Shown: positions 38,051 through 49,534 of the stretch, piece by piece | How positions within the stretch are numbered: position 1 is the first letter of the stretch | How the letters are laid out: every line of letters begins with the position of its first letter | DNA from: Sphyrna mokarran | Lineage: Eukaryota | NCBI GenBank assembly: GCA_024679065.1 | Contig: JAGIQG010000023.1 | Span: 24,366,001-24,430,000, forward strand | Direction of reading: 5' to 3' | Length of the DNA: 64,000 bases | The notes under the pieces: model-generated | What the model was told of the DNA's origin: nothing | Seen by the model: only the letters and a program-made list of their open reading frames with translations | The model's database searches: none | Made by a program: the position numbers and the translations under genes

Positions 38051-38922
38051 ATGACAGGATCTATTTGCTTTACGTGATATTCACTTCTTAAGGATTTTGC
38101 AGCCATTGAATGTCTTTTCATTATAGTGTTCAATTGATTTATCTTGTGGGGCTTGAAGGGATGGATTGTCTGGAGTGTCTTATTAAATTCAAAATTCATT
38201 GATGCTTGATCCACAAGATACTTTCTGTTGATGTTTTGGCATAAAGGTTGTCGAGTGCAAAATAAGATTGTCATTTTATATTGACCTCAACTTTACAGTA
38301 AGATTGACAGGAGAATCCTCATACCCACAATATCCCCCACCACTTGCCTCAAGTGAAACAGTTCCCTGCTCTCCATATACAATAAAGCCTTCTGAACCAA
38401 AGTCGGTGAATTTGATGACATACAAATCTGCAATCTGATCCCAAGATCTTGATTTCAGAAAGCAAAGATCTCAGAAAGCAGCATGCTGAGGAAAGAATTT
38501 ACACTTAAAATGCGTTCACACTTCTGTTAACATAACAAGCGAAGATACATTGTATGAATGTATTAGTGTTCATTCGCTGTTGCTATCATCAACTATTCCT
38601 CATCACATTCTTTAGCTTGGACACTAAACAAAATGTGAAGGACAAGATATGCTAGGAGAAAATATTAACAATTTATAAAAAGGAAAATTATTCCCAAATT
38701 AATACCTATTTAGTAAATAAATCATACCAGCTATAACACCGCAAGTACTTAGTCACAATAAATACAACATTTGGAATGTTTGTTATGGACAATCTATTCT
38801 TCCTCATTCATACTAAACATTCACTTCACAGTGCATATATATTACTTAGTTTAAAATCACTGAGTACTTCAATCTTTATGGCAGAAAAGAACACTGAATT
38901 ACTAGAGGTATGTACACAATAT

Positions 38923-39067
38923 ATGTGTGAGTGTGACTGTGTGCCCTAAGATTGACTGGCATCCCATCTTGGGTGTACTCCGCCAAATTCCCAGCGCCTG
39001 TCAGGGCAGACTTCAACTCCCCATGACCCTGAATTGAAGTAAGTGGCTACGTGAAAGTGAAATGAAA
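38923..39067 (+). mobile_element. 5'-truncated SINE/L2 3' tail of a type familiar from bony fishes; 13-bp TSD
   Basis: gtgtgccctaagattgactggcatcccatcttgggtgtactccgcc...ccccatgaccctgaattgaagtaagtgg. TSD atgtacacaatat (38910-38922) / atgtacataatat (39068-39080). Confidence 0.75.
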
Positions 39068-39099
39068 ATGTACATAATATTTTCACAAGTTTTAAAGCT

Positions 39100-39384
39100 T
39101 ATTTTATTAGTGTTAGAAGTAGGCTTGCTCTAACACTGCAGTGATGTTACTGTGAAAATTCCCGAGTCGTCACACTCTGCCATGTGATCAGGTACACTGA
39201 GGGAGAATTTAGCATAGCCAATGCATCTAACCAGCATGTCTTTCGGACTGTGGGAGGAAACCGGAGCACCAGGAAGAAACCCAAGCAGACACGGGGAGAA
39301 CGTGCAAACTCCGCACATACAGTGACCCAAGTCTGGGTCTCTGGCGCTGTGAGACAGTAGTGCTAACAATTGTGCCGCCATGCC
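39100..39384 (-). mobile_element. V-SINE, type B tail
   Basis: tttattagtgttagaagtaggcttgc...gggagaatttagcatagccaatgc...gtgctaacaattgtgccgccatgcc. Confidence 0.9.
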
Positions 39385-39628
39385 TTCTTGTTTAAATTTC
39401 CAATCAAGATAACAAGGCAATGAGTTATCTTTCTCAATGTACTTCAGTTCAATCATTTTACTGAATTACACAGACAGGTATTCTCAAACTGTGGAAGAAA
39501 GAAATCTAATGTTGGTAATAATCTTTCCTCATGCTCAGTTGTGTTTTTTCCATGTCTGTCAGAAGAATTCAGCACTGAGAGAAATAATTATTTTTAAAAA
39601 AGCACTGGTAAAAGACTATAAAAACAAT

Positions 39629-40785
39629 GGAGGCACTTCTCCCAAAAAAATTCAAAGAGTCAAATTTGTGTAAAAACTAGAGTAAATCCCATTGCTTTTT
39701 TTCAGCGGGATTTTCAAAATTGATCTCCCACAGTCTAAGCAGAGGAGTGCCTCAGTGTGAATCGTGCTAAAAATCAGTGGGCAGGGCCTATTTCCACTGG
39801 GAAGGCCACCAGCATAGCATTGAGTGGGCCATTCTGCATGTGCTGATCTGTTAGCGCTGAGATTGGCGCATGTGTCGTTGCCCCGTATTGTCAGCCTCCT
39901 GAAAGCTGACCAGCTCTGCGATCCCACATCGCAGTCCCTCTGACCACCCCCTCCCCCCGAACAACCCAATCACTGGCTCCGCAAACATATCCAGGGCCAG
40001 CCTCAACTCCCCCTCTCCCCCCCATCTGCCTCGATTTCTCCCACCCAATCCTTCTGGCAGCCCCAGTGTCCCAATCCTCTCCCCACTAATGGCAACCCTT
40101 CACTCTCCCCCCCCCACCCCTGCCACCAGCAGCCCCGATTCCCTCATGTCCTGCAGTCCCGACTCTCCTGGGGAGGCAACTCCCACCCTGATGCCTAGCC
40201 TGTCACTGGTCTCCCTCTCTCTGCTCATGATCCCTCTGGCAGAGTGTTAGCAGGATCCCCCCACCCTTCTCTCATTCCCACTGATCATCCCCAGAGACCC
40301 TGCTTTCCAATAACCCTCAATAGGTCCCATCCCCTTGACACTACTTGATGCCCAGTGGGGAGCGCCTTAAGATCCCTTGGGCATTGCCACTTTGCCCCTT
40401 TGGCAGTGCCAGGGGGCCAGGCTGGCACTGACAAAGTGCCAATGCCCGTGGGCAGCCCCTCTTACCCCCTTCACTCTACTGGGATCAGGCAGCTAGCTCC
40501 CCGCGAGTGGGGAGCTATAGTAAACTTCCCGATGAGTGAACCACTTCTGGCCAGCGAGGAGGTGGTGAAGAGATGCTAGTGACCTCAATCTCGAGCCTAC
40601 TTATGATAGTTAAAATAGATTGAAATGAGCATTTAAATAAATCATGCAGCTGTGCACGATTTCTAGCATGGAGTTAACAATGCCAGAAATCCAGCTGTTG
40701 GAGACTCGTGGAGACCATGGCACGCAGTGGAAAGGCCAGCCCACTGCACTACAGAAACAACACAGCGGGCTGGGAGAAGAGTCCC
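39629..40785. mobile_element. Non-autonomous Harbinger-like element with a C-rich interior
   Basis: Ends ggaggcacttctccc ... gggagaagagtccc. An inverted fragment of the same family lies at 46140-46620 (tttgacacttagaattattttgaaagaattactc). Confidence 0.6.
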
Positions 40786-41124
40786 AAATGAATCTATTTT
40801 CTTTAAGTATTTCACCTAACTCTTTGGAATATTTTGTGGTTCACAGCAAAATTTGTTTATTTTCAATTCTGTTTGAATTATTTAACTTGAAAATATGCAA
40901 TGTATTAGATTTACAACTTGCCATTCAACTGGCAATTCTGGCATTGTGAATCTACTGCTTATTAAGCAAACTGCCTAATTTGCACTTCCATTGATTAAAA
41001 AATAAAATGCCAGCAGTTTCTCTATTGCTGGTCAATTGACAATGTTAGTTTTATGCCCAGTAATAAGCTGTAAAGTGCCCCAGTGTATGTGTGTCCAGGA
41101 TGTTGCAACAGTGCAGGAGAAACA

Positions 41125-41430
41125 TGGAACTGTAGAAACACACAGTATGGAAGAGTGCCATTCAACCCACTATGGTTGTTCTAGCTCTTTGACAAAGTAG
41201 TTATTCTAAGTTTCACATCCATGCTTTTTATTTCTATATCTTCTTTAAGCTCAAGAACCTGTTCTACTCCCTTTTAAAATTATTGAGAAGCAGAATCCAC
41301 CCCCTTCTCAGGTAGGAAAATCCAGATCCAAACAGCAGTCTGAGTGAAAAGAAATCTTCTCGTCTCAGCTTTTAAAGCTATATATTTGACCCATCTCACT
41401 AAAGGGAAAATTTTGTCTACATCTGCTTCA
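41125..41430 (-). mobile_element. Old CR1 3' fragment
   Basis: cacagtatggaagagtgccattcaacccac...ctcaggtaggaaaatccagatcc...gagtgaaaagaaatcttctc. Confidence 0.6.
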
Positions 41431-42294
41431 TGCATTTGGCCAGAATGTTGCAGCTATTCACGCTGATGGAATTTTCCCATCCCGCTGCACTGAACAGAGA
41501 TTTGGCTGGGCGCAAAGTCCTGACATGGACTGCCAGTAAGACCACACCCACAATGTTCTTAAGTATGTATTATGTCTTTTGCTCAGATGATGGCATTCTG
41601 GATTTTTAGCTGTGAGTTCCAGACCATGGCTTGAGTCCATAATCCTAAGATCATGTTAAAGCTATGCTGCACTGACAGAAGCATTGACCCAATGGTAAGA
41701 TGCTAACTGAAGCCTGTTCTGATGGTTCAAGAGACATTGAAGAAAGAGTCAAGCAGTGAACCCTCGATAAATGAACTATTCATTTATCTCATTGTTCTTT
41801 CTAGGGTGTTTCTGGTATCCATATTTATTTGCATAAATATCACTGCTTTCTAAAAATAACATGTCATTTAAAGAATTTTAAAATGTTCTGATATTTATGC
41901 TTCATCAATGCAGGCATCACTTTATCACCTACATATGAATGCATTTGTGCTACTCTAAAAGGTGTCAAACATCAATGTGAATGAGTTCTCTGTTTACTTG
42001 AATTGTCTTGCATCACAATTAATGTTGTATTATTTGTTTCCAAATCCAAAAATGAAATTTGCTCCTCAAATGACTTGAGTTTACTTTTATGCAGTGTCTT
42101 CTGGTGTGGCATAGTTAACATGAAGTTACTATTCCCTCAACTGTACTTCTCTTGGAAGGTTTATGTATGTAAGCAATTACAAGGCAGCAGTGAGCTGGTA
42201 GTAAACGAGTTTGTCATTAATTTATCTAGAGCCAACCATTTATCTGAAGAATTGATGATGAAATATTTATTTAAGCATTGAGTATCAGGCTGTT

Positions 42295-43730
42295 GCCATA
42301 GAGTTATAGAGGTTTATGCCCAGAAAGAGGTCTTCAGCCCAATTTGTCCATGCCGTTTATCAGACAACAAATTTTATGAAATTGGGCACACAATATGGAA
42401 GCAGACTAAAATTACACTCAGAGCCTCCCCACTAAAGTTCACAAAGAAGCAGACATAGACTAGCAGGCAAGAGCATGCTTTTATAATGCAAACGAGGGCT
42501 AACACACAAAGGGAACTGGACAGGATGGCACCTACAGGAACTAAATTAAAAAAAACACATACCCATCCCACCAAATCAGCACTTCTGATCTATCAAGCAG
42601 CCCTCTATGGAGAAACCTGAAGATTAGCATAACTAAGGAAGCATCCCTGGCCCCTCAAACTTCCTGAGAATAACCACATACCCGTTGTTTAAACTCCGTA
42701 TATTCTAGACCATTAATAACCCATCAGACAAAAATGATTAACATGCGCTTAAACCCATCGTTACAATACTTGAAGACATCGAAACAGGATGGTCAAAGTC
42801 CAATACTGTAAATAAAACATTAGCATTTGAATCATACAATACATTGAAGTTCAGATATAACTGTAGCCCATTGCAGCAGATCTTTAGAGTGCTTTCAGCT
42901 CAGTTCGGTTTGCATGTCCTGATTGCACCTCAATCGACATAAAAGAAAATAAAGCCGTACCGCTGTTGAACTTGACCCTGAGTCCGCAGTGGTTGTTTCG
43001 CCCACTGGCGCTAACACCGTGTTTTTTTAAACCCCAAAGCTAATCCCAATTGCCCGCATTTGGCACATATCCCTCTATAGTCATGTTATCCATGTAATTG
43101 TCTAAATGCTTTTTAAAAGACAAAATTGTACCTGCCTCTGGCAGCTCGTTCCAGACGCTCACGTCCCTCTGTGTGAAAAAATTGCCCTCTTGGACACTTT
43201 CGTATCTCTCTCCCTTGTCTTAAAGCTATGCCCTCTAGTCTTTGGCAAAAGATATTGACCATCTAACATCTATGCCTTCATTATTTTACAGACCTTTATA
43301 AGATCACCTCTCAGCCTTCTACGCGCCAGAGAAAAAAGCCCCAGTCCATCTAGCCTCACATTATAAGGCAAACCATCAAGTCCCTAGTAAATCTTTTCTG
43401 CACTCTCTCCAGCTTAATAATATCCTTTCTATAATAGGATGATCAGGACTATACCAATGTCTTGTACAACTTCAACAAGACTTCTCGACTCCTGTCTTCA
43501 ATGTTCTGATCAATGAAACTAAGCATGCTGAATTCCTTCTTCATTATTCGGTCCACCTGTGATTCCACTTTCAAGGAGCTATGAACATGTACTCCTAGAT
43601 CTCTTTGTTCAATATCTCTCCCCAGCAGACTACTATTAACTGAATAAATCCTGTCCAATGCATCATGTCACGTTTATCTAAATTAAACTCCATCTGCCAT
43701 TCATCAGCCGACTGGCCCAATTAATCAAGA
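42295..43730 (-). mobile_element. CR1 fragment interrupted by a 660-bp insert
   Basis: ORF 43449..43658 EQRDLGVHVHSSLKVESQVDR...LYKTLV. The 3' tail at 42295-42356 is separated from the body at 43017-43730. Confidence 0.85.
42357..43016 (+). mobile_element. LTR-like insert of unknown family
   Basis: Flanked by ccgt/ccgt (42353-42356, 43017-43020). AATAAA near 42948 followed by a U5-like end ...gcgctaaCA. The 5' end lacks the canonical TG. Confidence 0.45.
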
Positions 43731-43837
43731 AGACTTAATTGCGAATAAGACTTGTTAGATAAGTTAAGAAAATGAACAAGCTATAAAGAAACTTTGTGTG
43801 CTATCAAATCCAGTCTGAGCCACATATATTTGGTATT

Positions 43838-44560
43838 TTACTGAAAAGAGAGATGTGTTGCTGAAGTTTTTCATCTTTAGACAAACAAAACAATATCAAA
43901 TTTCAAACAATAGCAAAATTTATACTACAGGAAATAAGGGTGCAGTTTGGTTAGAAAGTTAGTGGAAAATGATCTGGTATATTCCACTAACAGGATGCTG
44001 CATCAGTCAAAATTGTGTTTTATTGACCACACTAATGAGCAAAGGCTTTAGTACTGGTGCATGTCAACCATCGACTGGTCAACTCAAGTAGCAAGTTCCT
44101 TTACTTATTCTTAATAAAGTGAAGATAAATCATGCTCAAATAGTTGTGCGCTTGCAGTGATTTCACAATTGGACAGCACTTACTAAACACTCCGGACTGT
44201 GCTAACAGATATATTAACAGCCAATTTAAAAGTAATCAATCAAGTTTGTATATGACTCAAAGTATCACACAATCAATAGCAGGGACTGAAGCAATAGCAT
44301 TTTCTGAAAACAAAAGGAATATGTTCAAGCTTTGCCCCCTTTTTTGAATTAACGTAGTGTGTGGGGAACTTGTAGTTCTGCCTTGCTTCTTCCATGGCAA
44401 CACCTCAACCAATAAGATCATCTTGCCAACTAATCAGCATCCTTTTCCCCGTAGCATAAATTGTTGTAATCATTTGAAATTTAATATTCTTGCATTTGTC
44501 CAGATGAGTGCAAGATGAAAAGCTTCAGCAACATGCCTCTCTTTATTGCAATATTCAAGC
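43838..44560 (+). mobile_element. Second Penelope family: GIY-YIG remnant, pLTR and inverted partial pLTR
   Basis: SDFTIGQHLLNTPDCANRYINSQFK (ORF 44144..44347). 43845-43960 is inverted relative to 44425-44545. Decayed hammerhead cCAGATGA gt gcaag at GAAA agct t c at 44500-44526. Confidence 0.7.
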
Positions 44561-45641
44561 TCTTATTACCAAACCACTGTGTATATTTGGTCATTTCAAA
44601 CCAAGTTAGCCAAAAAGCGCACACACTAACAATTCACACTTTGTAAGATTTTGCTTAACCGAGAGTTAGATGTAATCAGATTATCAGAAAATCGAATAAT
44701 AACATTTTACATTGGTTGAGACATCTTGTTGTACAAAGGAATTGTTTTTTTCCTCTCTTCACAAGTACAATATACTGATGAATTCTGTTGCAATGAGTCA
44801 TGTACAATAGGGAACAATTCCACCTCATGACCTGAAGGTTTCAAGGGAAGTTTATTTTGATTGTGATACTCTAGTCCTATAATGAGATGACTGACTATAA
44901 AGTGTCTTCTTGTGAGGTCAGTCACATCTTCAACAGATTGTACGTCTCACCTTCCCCATCACAAACACAAAGGACCTTCATACACCTGTACAATTCTCAA
45001 GGAATTCAATATACAACTGCAAAAAAAAACTGGCAGCCAATTTTCTGGGTATCTGTGAGCACCAATCTCTCAGTCTAGTATCTTCTCCTTCACAGTCTGC
45101 ACATTCTCCGCACACCCATGTTTCTTCTCATTGTTGAGGCATCGCTTGAAGAAATATCTCCTTTTCTTTGGGATAATGTACAGAATGCTGTAAGCTGTTA
45201 TGCTCTTAACTCAGTGTACTGAAATGCCAGTCTGGTTTGTTCAAAAGATGGAAGACCAACTAATATAGCAGAAAAACGTCACTGAGACCAGGCACCCGAG
45301 TGAAATGGGTATAATTTGTTGCTGCCTACTTTACTCAGAATTCTTATGTCCATTGCTTACTCTTTTCATGACAGACAAGATAGATTGAAAAGGGTACACT
45401 CTGATTTGACCTAATCCACATGTCAAACAAACATCCCAATAACTAGAAGCAATTCTGCATTCTTACTACATGTGCTACCAATTGCAGACAGAATATAATA
45501 TAACCAGAGTTAAAGTTTAAAACAATCCCATCACAAGAATCATGATATAACTGTATTTCTTAATGGCACAGTATCAACACACACTGTCTACGAAACACAA
45601 AGTATGCAATTTGTTCTGTAAGCGATGGCTGTTGGTATGAA

Positions 45642-45861
45642 TAGTAATAAGTCTCACAACACCCAACAGGTTTACTTGGAACAGGTTTATTTGGTAGCAT
45701 AAGCCACAAGCTTTCGGAGTGTTACTCCTTTATCAGGTGAGTGCTTATGAGTGCTGAAAGCATGTGGCTTGTGTTACCAAATAAACCTGTTGGACTTTAA
45801 TCTGGTGTTGTGAGATTTCTTACTGTGCCCAGCCCAGTCCAACACCAGCACTTCCACCTCA
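45642..45861. mobile_element. Palindromic Penelope-pLTR cassette; 12-bp TSD
   Basis: Inverted arms, tail on the right. TSD tgttggtatgaa (45630-45641) / tgttggtgtgaa (45862-45873). Minus-strand motif cactcac CTGATAA a GGAGT aac ACTCC GAAA gctt gtgg with G8 mutated. Confidence 0.88.
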
Positions 45862-45889
45862 TGTTGGTGTGAAGTCAGGCTATGTTTAG

Positions 45890-46137
45890 TACCATGAAAA
45901 TTTCTGTTTCCTGCCTCAACTCTTTGCTGCTTCTTTCTAACTGTTCAGATGTGGAGGTGCCAGCATTGGACTGGGGTCAAAAACCTGTTGGACTTTATCC
46001 TGATGTTGTGAGACTTTTTACTGTGTTCATCCAGCATACAGATGCTCATGGCCGATTCCAGCGTTAGTTTTTTCTTATGAAGGAGCAGCTTGCGGATAAC
46101 TTCACTATGGACCCCACACACAGTATGACCTCTCACA
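45890..46137 (-). mobile_element. Gypsy gag-like remnant split by a 76-bp Penelope mini-insert
   Basis: VCGVHSEVIRKLLLHKKKLTLESAMSICMLDE | QLERSSKELRQETEI reads through once 45948-46023 and one TSD copy are removed. Confidence 0.65.
45948..46023. mobile_element. Minimal Penelope-derived insert (tail plus opposite arm end, no hammerhead); 6-bp TSD
   Basis: gatgtggaggtgccagcattggactgggg joined to aaacctgttggactt...ttactg. TSD tgttca at 45942-45947 and 46024-46029. Confidence 0.8.
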
Positions 46138-46924
46138 AATTAAGCTATAAGGGTGCTATGCTGATTTTGTAACCTGTTTGAAGGGGTCGGAGCTGCTGAG
46201 GGATGGGGACGATACAGGCTGGGACAACGAGATGGAGGAGAGTTGAGGCTGGCCCGGATATGTTGAGGGAGCCACAATCTGGCCATGGTGGTGGGGAGGA
46301 GGTGAAAGGGGGATGCGGAGGGCCGAGGATGTGGGAGCCGTGGAGCTGGCCAGCAATAGGGTGGCCAGCAACGAGGAGGCATTGTGTATGTGCCGATCCC
46401 GTGCTGACGGACCAGTGCCTCATCAATGGGCCATTCAGCACTATGTTGCTGGCCTCTCCAGTGGGAATAGGCACTAATTTTCCGACTGATTTATGCCAGT
46501 GCAGTCTGCAATGCACAGAGCATGGGAGATTCATTTTGAAACTTCTGCTGCAAAGTCCAACGAAATTTACTCAAGTTTTTACTCAAATTTGACACTTAGA
46601 ATTATTTTGAAAGAATTACTCATACATTCTTTTGCCAAGATGTATGATCGAATCAATGCATTAAAATTTTGGTTGGTTATATTGAACACGTGTCTATCCT
46701 ATGGGTTCGTGTATATTTTTTAAAAAGTTTTAGCAAAATCTTGGGTTCCTTCCTCTCTTCCTCCCCTTGAAAAACAGAAAACGTAAATTTCTCAACTGTC
46801 TTGGAGTACATGAAATTTTAAAAAGTGTACACCTGTACCATCTTGGATTTGTCAGGTAGGCCAGTCCTGCAGTAGGTGTGGTAATCTTTTTGCATTTTGT
46901 CTAGTTTTCTGCAATGTTTTTTGT

Positions 46925-47565
46925 AAGAACATAAGAAATAGGAGCAGGAGTAGGCCATCTAGCCTCTCGAGCCTACCCCACCATTCAATAAGATCATGAC
47001 GGATCTGAAGTGGATCAGTTCCACTTTCCCACTTTCTCCCCATAACCCTTAATTCCCTTGTCTATCAGAAACCTATCTACCTGTGACTTAAGTATATTCA
47101 GTGAGGTAGCCTCCACCACTTCAACGGGTGGAGAATTCCAAAGATTCACTACCCTTTGAGTGAAGAAGCTCCTCCTCAACTCCGATTTAAACTGCCCCTC
47201 TCCCCCCTCCCTTATTTTGAGGCTGTGCCCTCTCGTCCTGCTATCCTTTCTAAACAGGAAGAATCTCTCTACCTCTACCCTATCCATCCCCTTCATTATC
47301 TTATAGAGACATATATCCCCCCCCAACCTTCTAAACTCCAACGAGTACAAATCTAGTCTACTCAATCTCTCTCATAGGCTAACCCCTCCATCTCCGTTGT
47401 CAGTCTAGTGAACCTTCTCTGCGTTCCCTCCAAGGCCAATATATCCTTCCGCAAATGCGGCAACCAAAACTGCACACAGCATTCCAGCTGCGGCCTCACT
47501 CTGTACATTGCAACAAGACCTCCCTACTTTTATATTCTATGCCCTAGCTATAAAGGCCAACACGA
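46925..47565 (-). mobile_element. CR1 3' fragment
   Basis: ORF 47015..47365 LYSLEFRRL.GD...RTRGHSLKI...FFTQRVVNLWNS; tail aagaacataagaaataggagcaggagtaggcc. Confidence 0.9.
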
Positions 47566-47688
47566 ATAGGTCTTTGCGGCAAGGTCCTTGTGTGACCTTT
47601 GCCAGCTTCTGACACTATGTGGTAACTGACAACAAGGCATTAACAACCATGAAAGTTTATGAACAGTTCTGAGCAGTTCTTACATGGT

Positions 47689-49530
47689 GGGCACAATTTT
47701 ACCAACAAGTTGCACCCGTTTTCAGACGCGAAAACTTGGTAAAGTTGGACATAAGACAAGTGGCACGATCCGTGCCTGCCTCCACGCCCATTCCTCTTTT
47801 ATGAAGGCCAGAAATGGACGCAATCAATACTGCGTTCAAAACAGGTACTAAGTTGGAAATTTAGATGTATTGGAATTCATTTAAATTGACCTAATGGCTG
47901 GACACTCCAATTTTGCCAGTACTTCCCCCTTTACCACCGCATTCATTAATCAGGAATCAGCATGAATCGGACATGTTCCATAAAAGTCTGATTCGGGCAC
48001 TCCATCAATGAGAGTTAGTGAGGAGGTAAGCGCATAGTGTCCAATGGCTCTCTGTTACTCACAGGCGTCCTCTTGTTGTGGTCATTTTCTATCTCAAGTT
48101 GGTGGCAGGAGTGGGGGGCAATGGGGAGCTGTTGCTCTACAGGGTCTCCATTATCCAACTTACAGCACAGACCTGGGTCTTAGCACTGACCTCGGGTCTT
48201 GCTGTGCTGCTGGGTCCTCGTGCACTCAGCTCACTTCCAGCTGAAGGGTATTCACAAAGCCTTTGCGAATTGCATTGCTGCAGCCTCTCTGCAAGGAGCT
48301 GTGATTGTGGGGAGCATGCGGCTGGGGGAGTTAGGGAGGGAGCCTGTGCTTCGTCTCCCTATCCTCTCCCTCCCCTTCAGATTGACAACATGGTTTTTTC
48401 AATGCAACTGATAGATCTAGCTGTTCTTTAAGTTGCTGCTGGAGCTGAGGAGGAGGAGCAGGAGGAAGAACTGTGGACACAGGAGGCCCAAGCTTTACCA
48501 CGTGCAAGCTAGAGGGAAACAAGAGGCAGGAGGTGGCCATCATTGACCCAAAAGGGGGGAGAAGGGAGCAGACACCACAGCAGTTCCGTGCGTGACTATC
48601 CTTTGAGCAGATGTTGGACACCATGTGCCACCAACATCTGACGCTGAAAGGAGATCGTGCAACACCTGTGCAATTTCTTGCAGGATCTGGCACCTAGAGG
48701 CAGGGTGGGGTGAGCTCCACATGCATACTGACACTTTGACCCATGTCTGTGTAGCGTGTAAGGGATCTGAAACCCCCAAACAGGACCTTGGGTCGGGATA
48801 GGAGGGAATCACTCATGAGGTCTGGGGAACCAATGGCTTCCCTTTCTCAGTGAGGGGCCTCCCCAACTGATATCAACATGAAGCATTCCTCCAGCAATCA
48901 TCAATGGAAGAGGATTCATTGTCCAAACAAATTAGTCACACGTAGATGTTGAAAAAACATTTATTTACAATAAAATGTTGTAGCATAAAATCTTGTGCAC
49001 AGAAAACATTAAGTTGCTTAAATATCTTACTAACTAGTGCAGCCCTCCCAATGCAACTACAACTTCCTAACCTTATATGGTCTACCACTATGTCACAGTG
49101 ACTTCCCAGAATGTACATCGGAGGTGAAGGGGGACAGCTGCCTACCATGACCTGTGACTTGTGATGTGTGTGGCAGGCTTTCTCTGGATGTCCTGGTCTG
49201 CTTCCAGGTGTCTGGGATGTTTCCATGATAGCCTTTTCACCCTGCTGACCCTGAAATGCGGCAGTTTCAGGAAGATGAGAATCAGAAGATGTAGCCAAAG
49301 CCACAGTCTCAATGGGTTCAAGCCCTTCCTCCCACCTTGGGGTTCCTGTGGGCCTCTGGGTCACTCCATGGGACAGTGTTGCTTCTGCAGTGAGCTCCAG
49401 AAGTTCTGGTGTCAACTGGCACTGCCAGTCTTGGAGGCCCACCTGCGTCCTACCCATGGTGGTCAGCCCTCTGCGATAACCATTTGAGTTGGGGGCTACC
49501 TCTCAATGGCCACAGCAAGTGCCTTCTGAG
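47689..49530. mobile_element. Second Harbinger copy, opposite orientation to 7522..11612, truncated
   Basis: TIR gggcacaatttt at 47689. + strand transposase N-terminus at 48389-48720 (LSFEQMLDTMCHQHL...IVQHLCNFLQDLAPRG). The - strand ORF 48936..49457 (LLELTAEATLSHG) is homologous to 9025..9273 (LLELTPAALLSNG), with minus-strand AATAAA near 48960. Confidence 0.7.
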
Positions 49531-49534
49531 ATTT

